Numbered from the stretch's first letter, positions 9,929 to 20,013 are shown. The stretch is DNA of 64,000 bases from Thermoplasmata archaeon (GCA_041489255.1 JBGPQV010000001.1:64001-128000); one strand, 5' to 3'. Numbers and translations are program-made. Notes: generated from the sequence alone by a model not told the origin.

Positions 9929-10447
9929 CTATTCTTCCCAGAGCATCGAGTAGAAGAAGAGCGCGAAGCTCGCGTTCGTCAGCACGAAAATCGCGTAGAG
10001 GTAGATGAGGCGCAGGTAGTCCGGCCAGAAGATGCTCGTCATGACGAAAGTCAGAAGGAGCAGAAGCGCCCAGATCATGCCCGCCACGAACTTCGTGCCA
10101 CGCTCCGTGACTCTGAGCGGCCTGATGCGGAGATCGTCCAGCATGTAGAAGAATGCGACAAGCGTCGAGAGAACCATCCCCGATATCCCGAAGACGTAGG
10201 TGTACAAGCCCCCCTGCATGACTATCCCGAGATACACGAGAACGACGAGCAGGACGAACGCGGCGCCCGCCCCCATGGCCAGCCTGCCCTTGCTGGCAAC
10301 CCGAGGGGAGAGTTGCGCGAGATCCTTGAAGTCCATATGCGCGGACGTCCTTTCCGCTCTTTCTGTGGCTGGGGCTGCACCCGCCCCTGTCCCGGCATCC
10401 GCGAACTCATCAGGAGTATTCTCGAAGGGATTCTCGTCCTCGGACAT
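9929..10447 (-). CDS. Four-TM hypothetical membrane protein
   Basis: Four hydrophobic segments; abuts neighbouring genes in an operon. Confidence 0.75.
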   Translation of the reverse strand: MSEDENPFENTPDEFADAGTGAGAAPATERAERTSAHMDFKDLAQLSPRVASKGRLAMGAGAAFVLLVVLVYLGIVMQGGLYTYVFGISGMVLSTLVAFFYMLDDLRIRPLRVTERGTKFVAGMIWALLLLLTFVMTSIFWPDYLRLIYLYAIFVLTNASFALFFYSMLWEE

Positions 10448-10451
10448 TGGA

Positions 10452-10955
10452 CTAGTCCTCGAACTTCTGCACTCGGTGCCCGCGGAAATCCAAGCGCGAC
10501 GATCTCTTGACGAGCGCCCTGAGCATCGTCTGAGTCACGGCGAGTTCATCTGCGAGGTCTCCTGCGAACTTGCCCTCCTCACCAACCGATTTGGCGAGTT
10601 TCTCCTCCAGCTTCTTATACTTCGCATCAGGCATCATCGCGACCGACAGTATGTCGCTCATCTCCTGGACAGGCGCGGACGCATTGATGTGGAAGGATCC
10701 GTAGAAGGCATGGTACGCCTTCTCCGGCGACGCCGAGGCACTTGTCTGCCATTTGGTCTCGACTAGCTTGAGTTTGTCGAAGAAACGCAGCGCCTCGACT
10801 CCCTCTATCCCGTACTTCTCCTGAACCTGGTTGGCGGTCCTCCAATCGTTGGAGACCTCCTTGAAAACTTCTCTCTTCACATCGCTATCGACGGCCCGGA
10901 GCATGGGGACAAGCTCTGCTAATTCGCTCACGACCTTAATCCTGTTCATCGACAA
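10452..10955 (-). CDS. Archaeal ArsR-like transcriptional regulator
   Basis: RIKVVSELAELVPML...KLVETKWQ...PEKAYH pattern of the ~165-aa euryarchaeal family. Confidence 0.75.
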   Translation of the reverse strand: MSMNRIKVVSELAELVPMLRAVDSDVKREVFKEVSNDWRTANQVQEKYGIEGVEALRFFDKLKLVETKWQTSASASPEKAYHAFYGSFHINASAPVQEMSDILSVAMMPDAKYKKLEEKLAKSVGEEGKFAGDLADELAVTQTMLRALVKRSSRLDFRGHRVQKFED

Positions 10956-11070
10956 CCTTTCGCGCGGGATGGCGGTGCGGCCATATATATTTTAATAGAG
11001 GCCTCAAGCTAAAAATGGTTCTGGCCCTCCGCTGTCGCCCCGAAGAGCCTTTTGGTGCTTAGGATGGTGA

Positions 11071-12192
11071 TTACGACGCCTGACCTGGAGGGTAGGCACC
11101 GTGCGTCCTTTGAGCAGTCCGAGGCGAGGCTCTCCCGCGCGGGACGTCGAGGGAGATCAACCCCTCGAACAGCTTGAAGTGACTCCTCAGGGTGACCTCC
11201 GAGACTCCTGCAACCTTTGCGACTCTCTTCTGGGGGACTCTCTGACCGCGCGAAAGGGCTGCCAAGTAGATGGCCGACGCGGCCGTCCCAGGCGGGGACA
11301 GGGAATTCTCGCCACCCGTCTTGGCGAGGATGCTACCGGCCAAGACTCGAACGTCCTCGCCGAGGGATAGTTCGCTGCAGAAGCGGGCGATGTAGTCAGT
11401 CGCCTCCACTGGCTTGGGTCGCATTCCGAGCCTCCTCGAGAGCACGCTTACGGTCTTGGTCAACCGCTTCCTGCCGATTCCCGCCATCATGGAGATCTCG
11501 TTAATGGTTCTCGGAACCGCCAAGTTCCGGCACGATATGTACAATGACGCCGAGACGAGCGCCTGTATCGACCTGCCTCGCAAGAGATCCGATTTAATCG
11601 CCCTCATGCTAATGAAGCTGGCCGCCTCGACCACGGCTGGCGGCAGCTGCAACTGAGATGCGAGGCGGCTGAGGCTCCTCGAAACCGCGCCCACGCTTCT
11701 TTCCCCCCTGCCCGACCTCGCGACTTGGCGCTGCAGCCTGCCGAGGCGGTAGTACATGCTCATGGCCCTCGGAGAAATCGGCGTCCCGCGGCTGTCGACC
11801 GGGCCCGGGTTTATGACCGTGCTGAGCTGACTGTTGAGGGTTCCTCGCTTTATCGGAGGACCGACTCTCGAGAGGCGCTTCTCGTCCTCATGGTCGTACG
11901 CTGCCCACTCCGGCCGCTCATCCAAGACCTTGTCCTCCATGACGAAACCGCAGCTCTCACAGAACAATTCACCACGTATCGAATCGAAGGATAGGTGGGT
12001 GCTGCGGCATTCAGAGCATGATTGTCCGTTCGGGGACATCGACTCCACGTCCCCCTTGTTTCCCCCATCTTGCGGGGATTCAGTCCGGACCGCAAACTTC
12101 CTTTCATCAATGACCGGTGGAGAGAACTCGGGCTTCGAGTCCGGCTCGTTCTTCACCGATGATTCGCGTCCCACGCTGTTTCTGTTTGGCAC
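11071..12192 (-). CDS. tfb: Transcription factor B paralogue 1 (divergent, ~55-aa N-terminal extension)
   Basis: CSEC...CESCG Zn ribbon, two cyclin repeats, VAGVSEVTLR; SD GGGGAGTG before GTG. Confidence 0.9.
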   Translation of the reverse strand: MPNRNSVGRESSVKNEPDSKPEFSPPVIDERKFAVRTESPQDGGNKGDVESMSPNGQSCSECRSTHLSFDSIRGELFCESCGFVMEDKVLDERPEWAAYDHEDEKRLSRVGPPIKRGTLNSQLSTVINPGPVDSRGTPISPRAMSMYYRLGRLQRQVARSGRGERSVGAVSRSLSRLASQLQLPPAVVEAASFISMRAIKSDLLRGRSIQALVSASLYISCRNLAVPRTINEISMMAGIGRKRLTKTVSVLSRRLGMRPKPVEATDYIARFCSELSLGEDVRVLAGSILAKTGGENSLSPPGTAASAIYLAALSRGQRVPQKRVAKVAGVSEVTLRSHFKLFEGLISLDVPRGRASPRTAQRTHGAYPPGQAS

Positions 12193-12324
12193 CTTGACAC
12201 TCCCCTTTGTGATGGGAAGATGGTCCTCGGGGGTATAGCCAAGCGTCAGTAATGCACCTTACAAACACACCAGATCCGTTCCCGCTGGGAAATCTACTAA
12301 TATCACGCCTCGGTTTGTCTCGCG

Positions 12325-13179
12325 ATGCTCGAGGAGGGCAGGACAAGCGAGTCGGAACTGGGTGGAATCCTCGAAACCTTGGGGCTATCGTCGCTCGAGG
12401 CCAGGACCTATCTAGAATTGGCGCGAGGGGGCAGCCTTTCTGCCTCCGAGACGGCCAAGAAGTCCAAGATTGCGAGGCCCGAGGCCTATGAGGTTCTCAG
12501 GAAGTTGGAGGGCAAGGGCTTCGTGCGGCAGGTGCTTGGAAAGCCTGCGAGATACGAACCGGTTGACCCCCTGGAACTCCGGAATAGAATCCTCCAAGAG
12601 GAGAGGAAACGTTTCAACTCAATCGAGGCAGGGATGAGCAAGATTCTCGAGGTCTGGCCATTCCTGCGCGCCATGCACATGCCTGAGAGCCACCTACCGC
12701 GGACGGCCACCCTCCGTGGCCGCAAGAACATTGCGGCAGTCTTGGAGGGCATGATGAGCAGTGCCCAAGAATCCGTCAATATGTGCACGACGAAACGAGG
12801 ACTGTTGACAGCGATGCAGGAGAATTTTCCCGAGATCGGCAAGAGGCTGATCGATCGCGGTGTCGAGGTCCGAATGCTGATCGACGAAAGTTCCGCCAAG
12901 CAACTCACCTCGAGTCTGGTGCCGGATGCCATCGATATGAGGATCAGCAAAGGCCCTAAGGCCCGTTATTACATCATAGACGACCATGAAGTCCTCTATC
13001 ACCTGCACTTGCAGGCCGAGGAGGACCTCTGGGGGAGTGATGAGACCGCGCTCAGGACCGATAGCCCGGATCAACTGAACGTGTACGGATGGCTGTTCAA
13101 GAACGCATGGGACAATGGCACGCCATTGAAAAGGGCTCAAGTACTACCGCGTCGTGTTCAGCATAAGGGTGGTAGCTAG
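12325..13179 (+). CDS. TrmB-family transcriptional regulator
   Basis: LGLSSLEARTYLEL...IARPEAYEVLRKLEGKGFV...PARYEPV; C-terminal PLD-like effector domain. Confidence 0.92.
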   Translation: MLEEGRTSESELGGILETLGLSSLEARTYLELARGGSLSASETAKKSKIARPEAYEVLRKLEGKGFVRQVLGKPARYEPVDPLELRNRILQEERKRFNSIEAGMSKILEVWPFLRAMHMPESHLPRTATLRGRKNIAAVLEGMMSSAQESVNMCTTKRGLLTAMQENFPEIGKRLIDRGVEVRMLIDESSAKQLTSSLVPDAIDMRISKGPKARYYIIDDHEVLYHLHLQAEEDLWGSDETALRTDSPDQLNVYGWLFKNAWDNGTPLKRAQVLPRRVQHKGGS

Positions 13180-13182
13180 GCC

Positions 13183-13812
13183 ATGATCACGCTCGATGAC
13201 GATTATAAGGGTGCCCTTGCCGAGGGGCTTGGCGGCAACCACCTGGTCCTTTGGTACCGAACGAACAAGGGGCGGGCGCAGGCAATCCTGAGATTCTTGC
13301 GGAATGGCGCCGACAATGACGAAATGATGGCAATCGTCCTTCCCCTGCAAGAACTGCAGGAGACAGAGAATGCCCTGATCGCGGCGGGGCTCCCCGTCGA
13401 GAGACTGATGAGCGAAGGGCGGTTGCTCCTCTTCGCCTCTGAGGAATTGATCCCCATAAATGCCAGCGATTGCAGGAGCATCGTGGAGGCGGTAACGGGA
13501 CTCGGAGATAGGGCTGCAGCACAAGGGCGGAGACTTCGGCTGGTCGGAAGGGTCGCGCCAATGTTCTTCGAACGTGGAGACATCGAGAGTGCTTTGGCTG
13601 TGGAGTTGGCTACGGATTCATCGCTGGGCCAAGCTAAACTGCTATGCCTCTATGACGCAAGGAGCCGGGATAGGCTTCCCGAGGCGGATGGACAGAGAAT
13701 AGACGGCATACACAACCACGTACTCCATGAAACCTCGAAGGGCAAGGTCAAGCTGCGAAAGAAACAGAGCAAGAGCCCCCCGCGAGGTTCTGCAAAGCAT
13801 AAGAAGCGCTGA
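13183..13812 (+). CDS. MEDS-like sensory domain protein
   Basis: HLVLWY...FLRNG...LRLVG...LAVE...LLCLYD...H pattern; 3 nt after trmB. Confidence 0.75.
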   Translation: MITLDDDYKGALAEGLGGNHLVLWYRTNKGRAQAILRFLRNGADNDEMMAIVLPLQELQETENALIAAGLPVERLMSEGRLLLFASEELIPINASDCRSIVEAVTGLGDRAAAQGRRLRLVGRVAPMFFERGDIESALAVELATDSSLGQAKLLCLYDARSRDRLPEADGQRIDGIHNHVLHETSKGKVKLRKKQSKSPPRGSAKHKKR

Positions 13813-13846
13813 TGTCACGCCGGCAGTGGTGAAAGGGGCACTTGCA

Positions 13847-14797
13847 TTATCTCCGGCGCCGGCCACGACGCCTGCCTCTATGTTTCTTGGATCTTGTGAG
13901 TAAAATGATTACCACTAGTGTCAGGAGTACGACAATGAGGAAAGCGATTGCCAGAGCGTTGGCCGCCAAGAAATCATAGACACCACCTGCCGGCTTCCCT
14001 GCCTCCACCCACAATGTATGGAGGGCGTCGGCAACTGCGTTGACCGAAAGACTGAGTGAACGCCCGACCCTCGCGTTGAAGACCGAATTACTCCAGTCGT
14101 AGTTCTGATCCATCCAGAGGGCCGTGCGGCCCTGACCGCTGTCATCGAACGTCGTATCGTGCGCGAGTCTCAGCGTCGCATCGTATGCACTCAGGTTTTC
14201 GAGGTTTCCGTCAAAGGCCAGGGCCGCGTCGTAAGAGGAAGCGTAGCTGGTCGTGCGATCCTTGACATAGGTCTCATAATCATCATGGTGATTCTCCGTG
14301 CCCCAATCAGTCGGCGCACCCATCACATGTCCGAAAACGCCGAGATCGCCGATGTAATGAGCCATCGTCCCGGCCCACTTCGCCGCGCTGGAATAGTCTC
14401 CCGCTCGGAGTCTGTCGAGTGCGGTCGAGAACGTGTCTCGCGCGCGCCTCGCTGCGGCATCGTCCCGGAGGCGCCCATCCGAGTGATAGTAGAGATGATG
14501 ATTCTTGGTGTCGCCTATCCCATCCCCGCCCATGGCGTCTGCAAAGTCGGGAAGCTCTGTCCCGTAGAGAAAAGCGTTCAGATTGTCCTCAAGGAATTGC
14601 TTTTCCGTGACTGGAATCCAATCCAGCGCATGCTGAGCAATCCAGTCGTGCGTGCCATACCTCGGTGCAGACGTGCTGGACGAGGGGCCACCATTCGACC
14701 ATGCCGAAGCGGGTCGCGATGAAAGAATGACAACCATGACCACCGAAACGACGAGCACCACAACTCTCATTCGTCCAGCAAGTCGTGGAATAGGCAT
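13847..14797 (-). CDS. Zinc-dependent phospholipase C / S1-P1 nuclease family, secreted and C-terminally anchored
   Basis: Signal peptide then mature N-terminal W (ASA-WSNGG), THDWIA, GTELPD, HYIGD, HHDDYE; C-terminal TM and basic tail; start 14797 or 14770. Confidence 0.88.
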   Translation of the reverse strand: MPIPRLAGRMRVVVLVVSVVMVVILSSRPASAWSNGGPSSSTSAPRYGTHDWIAQHALDWIPVTEKQFLEDNLNAFLYGTELPDFADAMGGDGIGDTKNHHLYYHSDGRLRDDAAARRARDTFSTALDRLRAGDYSSAAKWAGTMAHYIGDLGVFGHVMGAPTDWGTENHHDDYETYVKDRTTSYASSYDAALAFDGNLENLSAYDATLRLAHDTTFDDSGQGRTALWMDQNYDWSNSVFNARVGRSLSLSVNAVADALHTLWVEAGKPAGGVYDFLAANALAIAFLIVVLLTLVVIILLTRSKKHRGRRRGRRRR

Positions 14798-14911
14798 GGA
14801 TCGACCATTACTGCTAGAGCATTTCCCGTCATAAACAATTGCTGCGCATGTGTCACCGGACGAAGTAACAAGGCTTATACAGAACAACTTCCTCCGATTC
14901 TGGGTGATAGA

Positions 14912-15709
14912 ATGCCAATCAACCCTGAGCGCATCCAGAGACTGATGGATTTCGGACTCACCGAGTACCAGTGCAGGGTCTACCTTGCCTTGCTTGACCT
15001 TGGAACCGCCACAGCCAGTCAGATCCCGCCAATCTCCCGGGTGCCGAGGACGCGAATATACGCGACGATGTCCCAGCTGCACGAGAAGGGACTGGTTGAA
15101 ATAGTCCCTGAGACCCCGTTGCGGTACAAGGCCGTTCCATTCGCCAAGTACCTGAAGAAGGTGAGCGAGGAATACAGGCAGAAGGCAATCGACATTGAAT
15201 CCGACTTGGACATGCTGTCGAAGGAGTTCGCCGTCCGCGCGGGCGCCGAACCCGAGAAGCATGGAAGTTTTGAGGCCATCTATGGACGTAGGAACGCGCG
15301 TAGAAGGCTTCTGAAGATGTACGATTCGGCTCAGAGGGAAATCATCGGCATAGGGACGAGACATAGTCCTGGCAGAATCCTGAAAGCCTTCGGTCCGGTC
15401 CTCGAGGAGAAGTCACGGGCTGGCGTGACATTGCGGTACGCTTTCCCTATCAGCGACCCCGATCTCCCTGATGTTAGGGCTTTGATGAGATATGCCAGCG
15501 TGCGGAAGATGGATTTTGAGATGCCGGTCTACCTGCACGTTGTTGATTGCAGGGAGTTTCTCATGAGCCACCCAATCCCTGACGATGAGAGCTTCTACAT
15601 CGGTGACGACATCTGTATCTGGACGAACGACCCTGCAATCACGAAGGCCATGAACGAAATGGCCGAGAGAATCTGGCAGGGCGGACAGGAACCGTCGGCC
15701 ACCGCGTGA
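14912..15709 (+). CDS. TrmB-family transcriptional regulator
   Basis: FGLTEYQCRVYLALL...SRVPRTRIYATMSQLHEKGLV...PLRYKAVP. Confidence 0.93.
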   Translation: MPINPERIQRLMDFGLTEYQCRVYLALLDLGTATASQIPPISRVPRTRIYATMSQLHEKGLVEIVPETPLRYKAVPFAKYLKKVSEEYRQKAIDIESDLDMLSKEFAVRAGAEPEKHGSFEAIYGRRNARRRLLKMYDSAQREIIGIGTRHSPGRILKAFGPVLEEKSRAGVTLRYAFPISDPDLPDVRALMRYASVRKMDFEMPVYLHVVDCREFLMSHPIPDDESFYIGDDICIWTNDPAITKAMNEMAERIWQGGQEPSATA

Positions 15710-15720
15710 GAATCGGAATA

Positions 15721-16605
15721 TCACTGATATTCACGGATGAAGTCCTCGACCTTGAGCCTGCCTGCAATGAGCGCCCTGTCCCTGAGTCCTTTATACTTCT
15801 CGTCCAGGGTCTCCTCCTCCCGCTGATAGAACACCCCGAGCCTGGTCTTGTCGGTGATCGATGCAATGCGGAATGCTTCTGACCTGTCTTCCGGATCATG
15901 CGCCTCCACCTCGACCGTGTTGGCCTGCCAATAATCGAATGCGTCGAGGAAAGTCACGCAGGGCGAAACGACATGGACAAAGGCGAAGCCTTTGTGGCTA
16001 ATCGCGCTGACGATGAGCGCCTCCAGGTCCCTGGGCTTGCCGCTGTAGCCCCTTGCCACGAATGTCCCTCCGAATGCGATGGCGAGCGCGGCGGGGTTGA
16101 TAGGCTGTTCGAGGACACCGTATGGCGATGCCTTCGTTACCATCCCCATGTCGCTGGTCGGGGATGGCTGTCCCTTGGTCATTCCGTAGACCGCGTTGTC
16201 CATCATCACGTAGGCGATATCGACATTCCTTCGAGCCGCATGCATGAAATGGTTACCGCCAATTGCGAGTCCGTCTCCGTCCCCGCCTACCGCGAGCACT
16301 TCCAGCTCCGGCCTCGCGAGCTTGATGCCCGTGGCGATGGGGAGGAGCCTCCCGTGCACGCTGTGGAACCCGTAGGCGTTCACGAACTCAGGGAGGCGAC
16401 TCGAGCAGCCGATTCCGGAGACTATCACGAAGTTTTCCGGCCGCGCCCGCAGGTCGGCCATCGCCCTGTAGATCGCGTTGAGCACGCCGAAATCGCCACA
16501 GCCCGGGCACCAAGTTGGTTTGTGCTCGGACCTGTAGGCCATGGGCGATACGACGGCACGAGTCATTCCTGATGCCGTCTTGCCGCCAGCCGCTTCATCG
16601 GCCAT
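15721..16605 (-). CDS. korB: 2-oxoacid:ferredoxin oxidoreductase beta subunit
   Basis: TWCPGCGDF, SGIGCSS, GGDGD TPP motif, SPCVTF. Confidence 0.95.
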   Translation of the reverse strand: MADEAAGGKTASGMTRAVVSPMAYRSEHKPTWCPGCGDFGVLNAIYRAMADLRARPENFVIVSGIGCSSRLPEFVNAYGFHSVHGRLLPIATGIKLARPELEVLAVGGDGDGLAIGGNHFMHAARRNVDIAYVMMDNAVYGMTKGQPSPTSDMGMVTKASPYGVLEQPINPAALAIAFGGTFVARGYSGKPRDLEALIVSAISHKGFAFVHVVSPCVTFLDAFDYWQANTVEVEAHDPEDRSEAFRIASITDKTRLGVFYQREEETLDEKYKGLRDRALIAGRLKVEDFIREYQ

Positions 16606-18313
16606 GCTTCGCCACCTCCTCGACCTTGGCAAGGATTTCTCCCGCCGTGAATGGAAGGCCTGTAGCCTTGTGAAGAGAATCCATGATCCTCCCGAACTCT
16701 GCCTGGAGGATGTGCTGATACTGTCCCGTCTGGTTCACCTCTACCACTATTACGTCGCGAAGCTTTGATAGCCATTCGCCAATCCGCTGCTTCGGCGGCG
16801 GGAACAGAAGTTTCGGATGCAGCGATGTCACTTTGAGCCTCCGCGAAACCGCCAACTGCACAGCCTCTCGCACGGCTCCTGTTGTGGACCCCCAGCTGAT
16901 GATCCCGATTCGCGCGTCCTCGACCCCGTACTGCTCGAACTCCGCATCCTCGATTGCGGCCCTCTCGAGCTTCTTCTGCCTTTTCCGCATGTTCAGCTGG
17001 TGGTTTTCAGGGTCATAGCTGGGCATGCCGACCTCGTCTCGCTCGATGCCCGTTGCCACATATGCGCCCCCGACCACGCCAGGTATGGACATGGGTGAGA
17101 CCCCGTCCTCTGTGCGCAGGTAGCGTCTGTAGTGCTTCAGGTCCTCCGGAGTGGGCCTCTTTGGCGAGCTGACGGGGACTCTCGCCGGGTCCAGCATCGG
17201 AATCGCCTCCAGGCGATGCGAAAGGCTCTGGTCAGAGAGGAGGATCACTGGCAGCTGGTACTTGTCTGCAAGGTTGAAAGCCCTCATCGTCTGGTAGAAG
17301 CAGTCTTCAACGCTCGTCGGTGCGATGACTATCCGCGGCGCCTCTCCGGGCCCGCCCAGAGCCGCGTGGCTGAGGTCGGACTGCTCGGTCTTCGTCGGCA
17401 TTCCGGTGCTCGGTCCCGCTCGCTGCACATCGACAACCACTATGGGGATTTCGGCAGTTCCCGCCAAGTTCACGAACTCGGTCATGAGCGCCAATCCGGG
17501 GCCGCTTGTCGCGGTCATCGATCTAACACCTGAATATGAAGCTCCGAGGGCGGCGCCAAAAGCGGATATTTCATCCTCGACCTGGATTGCCACGCCCCCG
17601 ACCTTCGGCAGCCTATCCATAAGCCACTCCAGAAGATCCGAAGCTGGCGTTATGGGGTAACCGGAGAAGAACCTGCAGCCCGCGCCGACGGCGCCGAGGC
17701 ATATCGCTTCGTTGCCCGACAGGACTATTCTACGCGGGGCGTCGACGGACTCGAACCTGAAGCCGTCCTTCTTGATCAGGTTGGCGGCAGCCCAATCATG
17801 ACCCGCCATGAGGGCATCGAGGTTCCTCTTGATTATATCCTGGCTCTTGCCCCACCTTTCAGAAAGGACCGCCTTGATCTCCTTCATGTCTACGTTGAAC
17901 AGCTTAGAAATCACGCCGAGCATTAGCACATTCCTCGATCTTGCGAGCCCGGTACTGGCTGTGAGTGACCTCACTGGAATCCCATAGCTCACTTCGCGGA
18001 TCTGCTCCTGCGGCACAGACTCGCTGTTGTAGAGGAGCACACTGGTGGACCGAAGGCGATTGCTGTTGAGCGTGTAGGCACTGGAGTCCATGCACAGGAG
18101 GATATCGTACTCGTCACCCTGCGAGAAGACCTGGTCCTGCTGCGAGTTTATGGTGAAGATGCATTGTCCACCACGGACCTCGGCGGGATAGGTCCTGAAG
18201 GTGACGATGTTGATGCCCATCCTGGCCAGGACCTTCGCCAGTATCTCGCCGAGCGAGATTATCCCGTCGCCGGATTCCCCGGTCAAGGCCACCATGGCAC
18301 TATTGACTTGCAA
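16595..18313 (-). CDS. korA: 2-oxoacid:ferredoxin oxidoreductase alpha (gamma-alpha fusion) subunit
   Basis: GESGDG, YPAEVRGG, YPITPAS, TATSGPG, QRAGPSTGMPT. Confidence 0.95.
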   Translation of the reverse strand: MQVNSAMVALTGESGDGIISLGEILAKVLARMGINIVTFRTYPAEVRGGQCIFTINSQQDQVFSQGDEYDILLCMDSSAYTLNSNRLRSTSVLLYNSESVPQEQIREVSYGIPVRSLTASTGLARSRNVLMLGVISKLFNVDMKEIKAVLSERWGKSQDIIKRNLDALMAGHDWAAANLIKKDGFRFESVDAPRRIVLSGNEAICLGAVGAGCRFFSGYPITPASDLLEWLMDRLPKVGGVAIQVEDEISAFGAALGASYSGVRSMTATSGPGLALMTEFVNLAGTAEIPIVVVDVQRAGPSTGMPTKTEQSDLSHAALGGPGEAPRIVIAPTSVEDCFYQTMRAFNLADKYQLPVILLSDQSLSHRLEAIPMLDPARVPVSSPKRPTPEDLKHYRRYLRTEDGVSPMSIPGVVGGAYVATGIERDEVGMPSYDPENHQLNMRKRQKKLERAAIEDAEFEQYGVEDARIGIISWGSTTGAVREAVQLAVSRRLKVTSLHPKLLFPPPKQRIGEWLSKLRDVIVVEVNQTGQYQHILQAEFGRIMDSLHKATGLPFTAGEILAKVEEVAKHGR

Positions 18314-18474
18314 GTCTCTTCACCCTAACAACTAAACCCATCTTGGGCGCGTCTTCCTGCAAAACCCGCGCTCGTACTAGAAAGTGAGCAATGTACGTCT
18401 TGATAAGACCATAGAGAAAGGACGGCAGCCGGACGTTTTCCATATTCAGGCTTGACAAGATGTGGCGCGGGTCC

Positions 18475-19458
18475 TCATGAACCTGTGCCTGCGATCCTCT
18501 GGTGCTTCGGGACGCGGCCCCGGGGGAGAGAGAGGTTGCTCATGAAAGCCTTGTTCACCAGCTGGAAGCGGTTCCTGAGCGTGACCTCGGAGACTCCTGC
18601 GACTTTGGCTATCGCCTTCTGCGGCCGCCTCTCTCCGCACGCAAGCGACGCGAGGTATATCGCCGCCGCGCTAGTCCCGATAGGCGATAGGGATAGGCTG
18701 CCGTCCAGATCGTCAATCTCCTTGAGAATCCGCCTCGCCTCCGCCTGGACTCCGGTGCCAAGCCCCAATTCGCTGCAGAATCTGGAGATGTAGTCCGCTG
18801 GCTTCGATTGCGGAACCTTCAATTGCAGTAGCCTAGACAATGCACCGTACGCCTTTGCGATGACCTTTCTAGGGAGCCCAGTCACGCCAGAGAGTTCCTC
18901 CAGTGTCCTTGGGACGCCGTTGATCCTGCACGCGCTGTATATCGCCGCCGCGACCAGAGCTTCGATGCTTCGTCCCCTCAGGAAGCCCTTCTCCAATGCT
19001 TTCTTGCTGATGAAACCGGCTTCCTCCCTGATGCTCTTCGGCAGTTCGAGTAACGATGAGACTCGGTCCAAGGCTCTGATCGTCTCCGGCAGACTCCGCT
19101 CTCCCGGTCTGTTGTGGCCCGAGTGATGCTGGAGCTTCCTCATCCTGTAGAACTTCTCCATTTCCCGCGCGGGAATCGGGTTGCCCCTGGAATCCCTGTT
19201 TGAGGAGGTGATGACGGTCGTCAGGTTGATCGCTTGGCTCGTGTAGTTCCGGGGGGCACCAGTTCTCGATAGCTTGTCGCGGTCCTCGCTGTCGTACGCG
19301 GTCCACTCGGGACCTTGGTCTATCTGCTTGTCATCCACGACCAAGCCGCAAGATTCGCAAAGCAGCTCGCCCCGAGTGTAGTCACGGACCAGCCTGTCCG
19401 ACCCGCACTCAGGGCAATGATTGACTTCTTCGGCAAGCTCAACAGTCTTGCTCCTCAT
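18475..19458 (-). CDS. tfb: Transcription factor B paralogue 2 (divergent)
   Basis: CPECGS...RGELLCESCGLV, GPEWTAY, RGRSIE, VAGVSEVTLRNR; SD GGTGA before ATG 19458. Confidence 0.93.
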   Translation of the reverse strand: MRSKTVELAEEVNHCPECGSDRLVRDYTRGELLCESCGLVVDDKQIDQGPEWTAYDSEDRDKLSRTGAPRNYTSQAINLTTVITSSNRDSRGNPIPAREMEKFYRMRKLQHHSGHNRPGERSLPETIRALDRVSSLLELPKSIREEAGFISKKALEKGFLRGRSIEALVAAAIYSACRINGVPRTLEELSGVTGLPRKVIAKAYGALSRLLQLKVPQSKPADYISRFCSELGLGTGVQAEARRILKEIDDLDGSLSLSPIGTSAAAIYLASLACGERRPQKAIAKVAGVSEVTLRNRFQLVNKAFMSNLSLPRGRVPKHQRIAGTGS

Positions 19459-19572
19459 ACATCTCACCCACCAATTCTATATTGTAATCTGATTTCGCGG
19501 ATATTTATAAACAATAACAGGCTTATATTATGCCTTGTCACCAAGAGGAGTTACACAAAGAAACGCGAATTC

Positions 19573-20013
19573 TCACGCCTTCCCGTCGAGCCTAGGTACT
19601 TGGGACGGATGCATTCTCCTGTCTATGCAGGCGAGGATCAGCACGGCTGCGAGGACGCCCACGCAATTCACCAAGGCGTCCGCGGGGTCAGCGAACCGCC
19701 CGGGCACGAACAACTGATGCATCTCGTCAGTCACCCCGTAAATCCCTCCAAGAACAATCGCGAGAGGTGCGTCCCATGGTCGCCAGCCTGCCGAGGCGAA
19801 TGTCAGAAACAGCAGGCTGCCGAACAGCGCGAACTCGAGGAAGTGGACAAGCTTGTCAGAGAGGGAGAATATCGGCATGGCGATGGCTGGAATGTCCGTC
19901 TGCGAGGATGAATAGAAAATCAAGCAAGCATACAGAATCGCGGCGAAGCCGAAGATGATCGCGCTACTTCCCGCCTTCCTTCTTCGTCGCAGCCGATTTC
20001 CCCTTGGTCTCAA
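19573..20013 (-). CDS. VanZ-family membrane protein
   Basis: IFYSSS, DKLVHFLEF, YGVTDEMHQLFVPGR; true start probably near 19960. Confidence 0.85.
   Translation of the reverse strand: MRPRGNRLRRRRKAGSSAIIFGFAAILYACLIFYSSSQTDIPAIAMPIFSLSDKLVHFLEFALFGSLLFLTFASAGWRPWDAPLAIVLGGIYGVTDEMHQLFVPGRFADPADALVNCVGVLAAVLILACIDRRMHPSQVPRLDGKA

Noticed and set aside
12229-12258. GGGGGTATAGCCAAGCG..GTAA.GCACC resembles the 5' half of a tRNA-Gln
   Set aside because: No anticodon stem, T-loop (TTCRA) or 3' acceptor strand follows; it lies in the tfb/trmB promoter region
14798-15364. N-terminal ~190 aa of the 505-aa ORF 13847..15364
   Set aside because: Mostly antisense shadow of trmB; the real protein begins at the signal peptide (14797/14770)
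15716-15732. Perfect palindrome GAATATCA-C-TGATATTC containing TATCAC (TrmB-like half site)
   Set aside because: Sits between convergent stop codons, not in a promoter; spacing does not match TATCAC-N5-GTGATA
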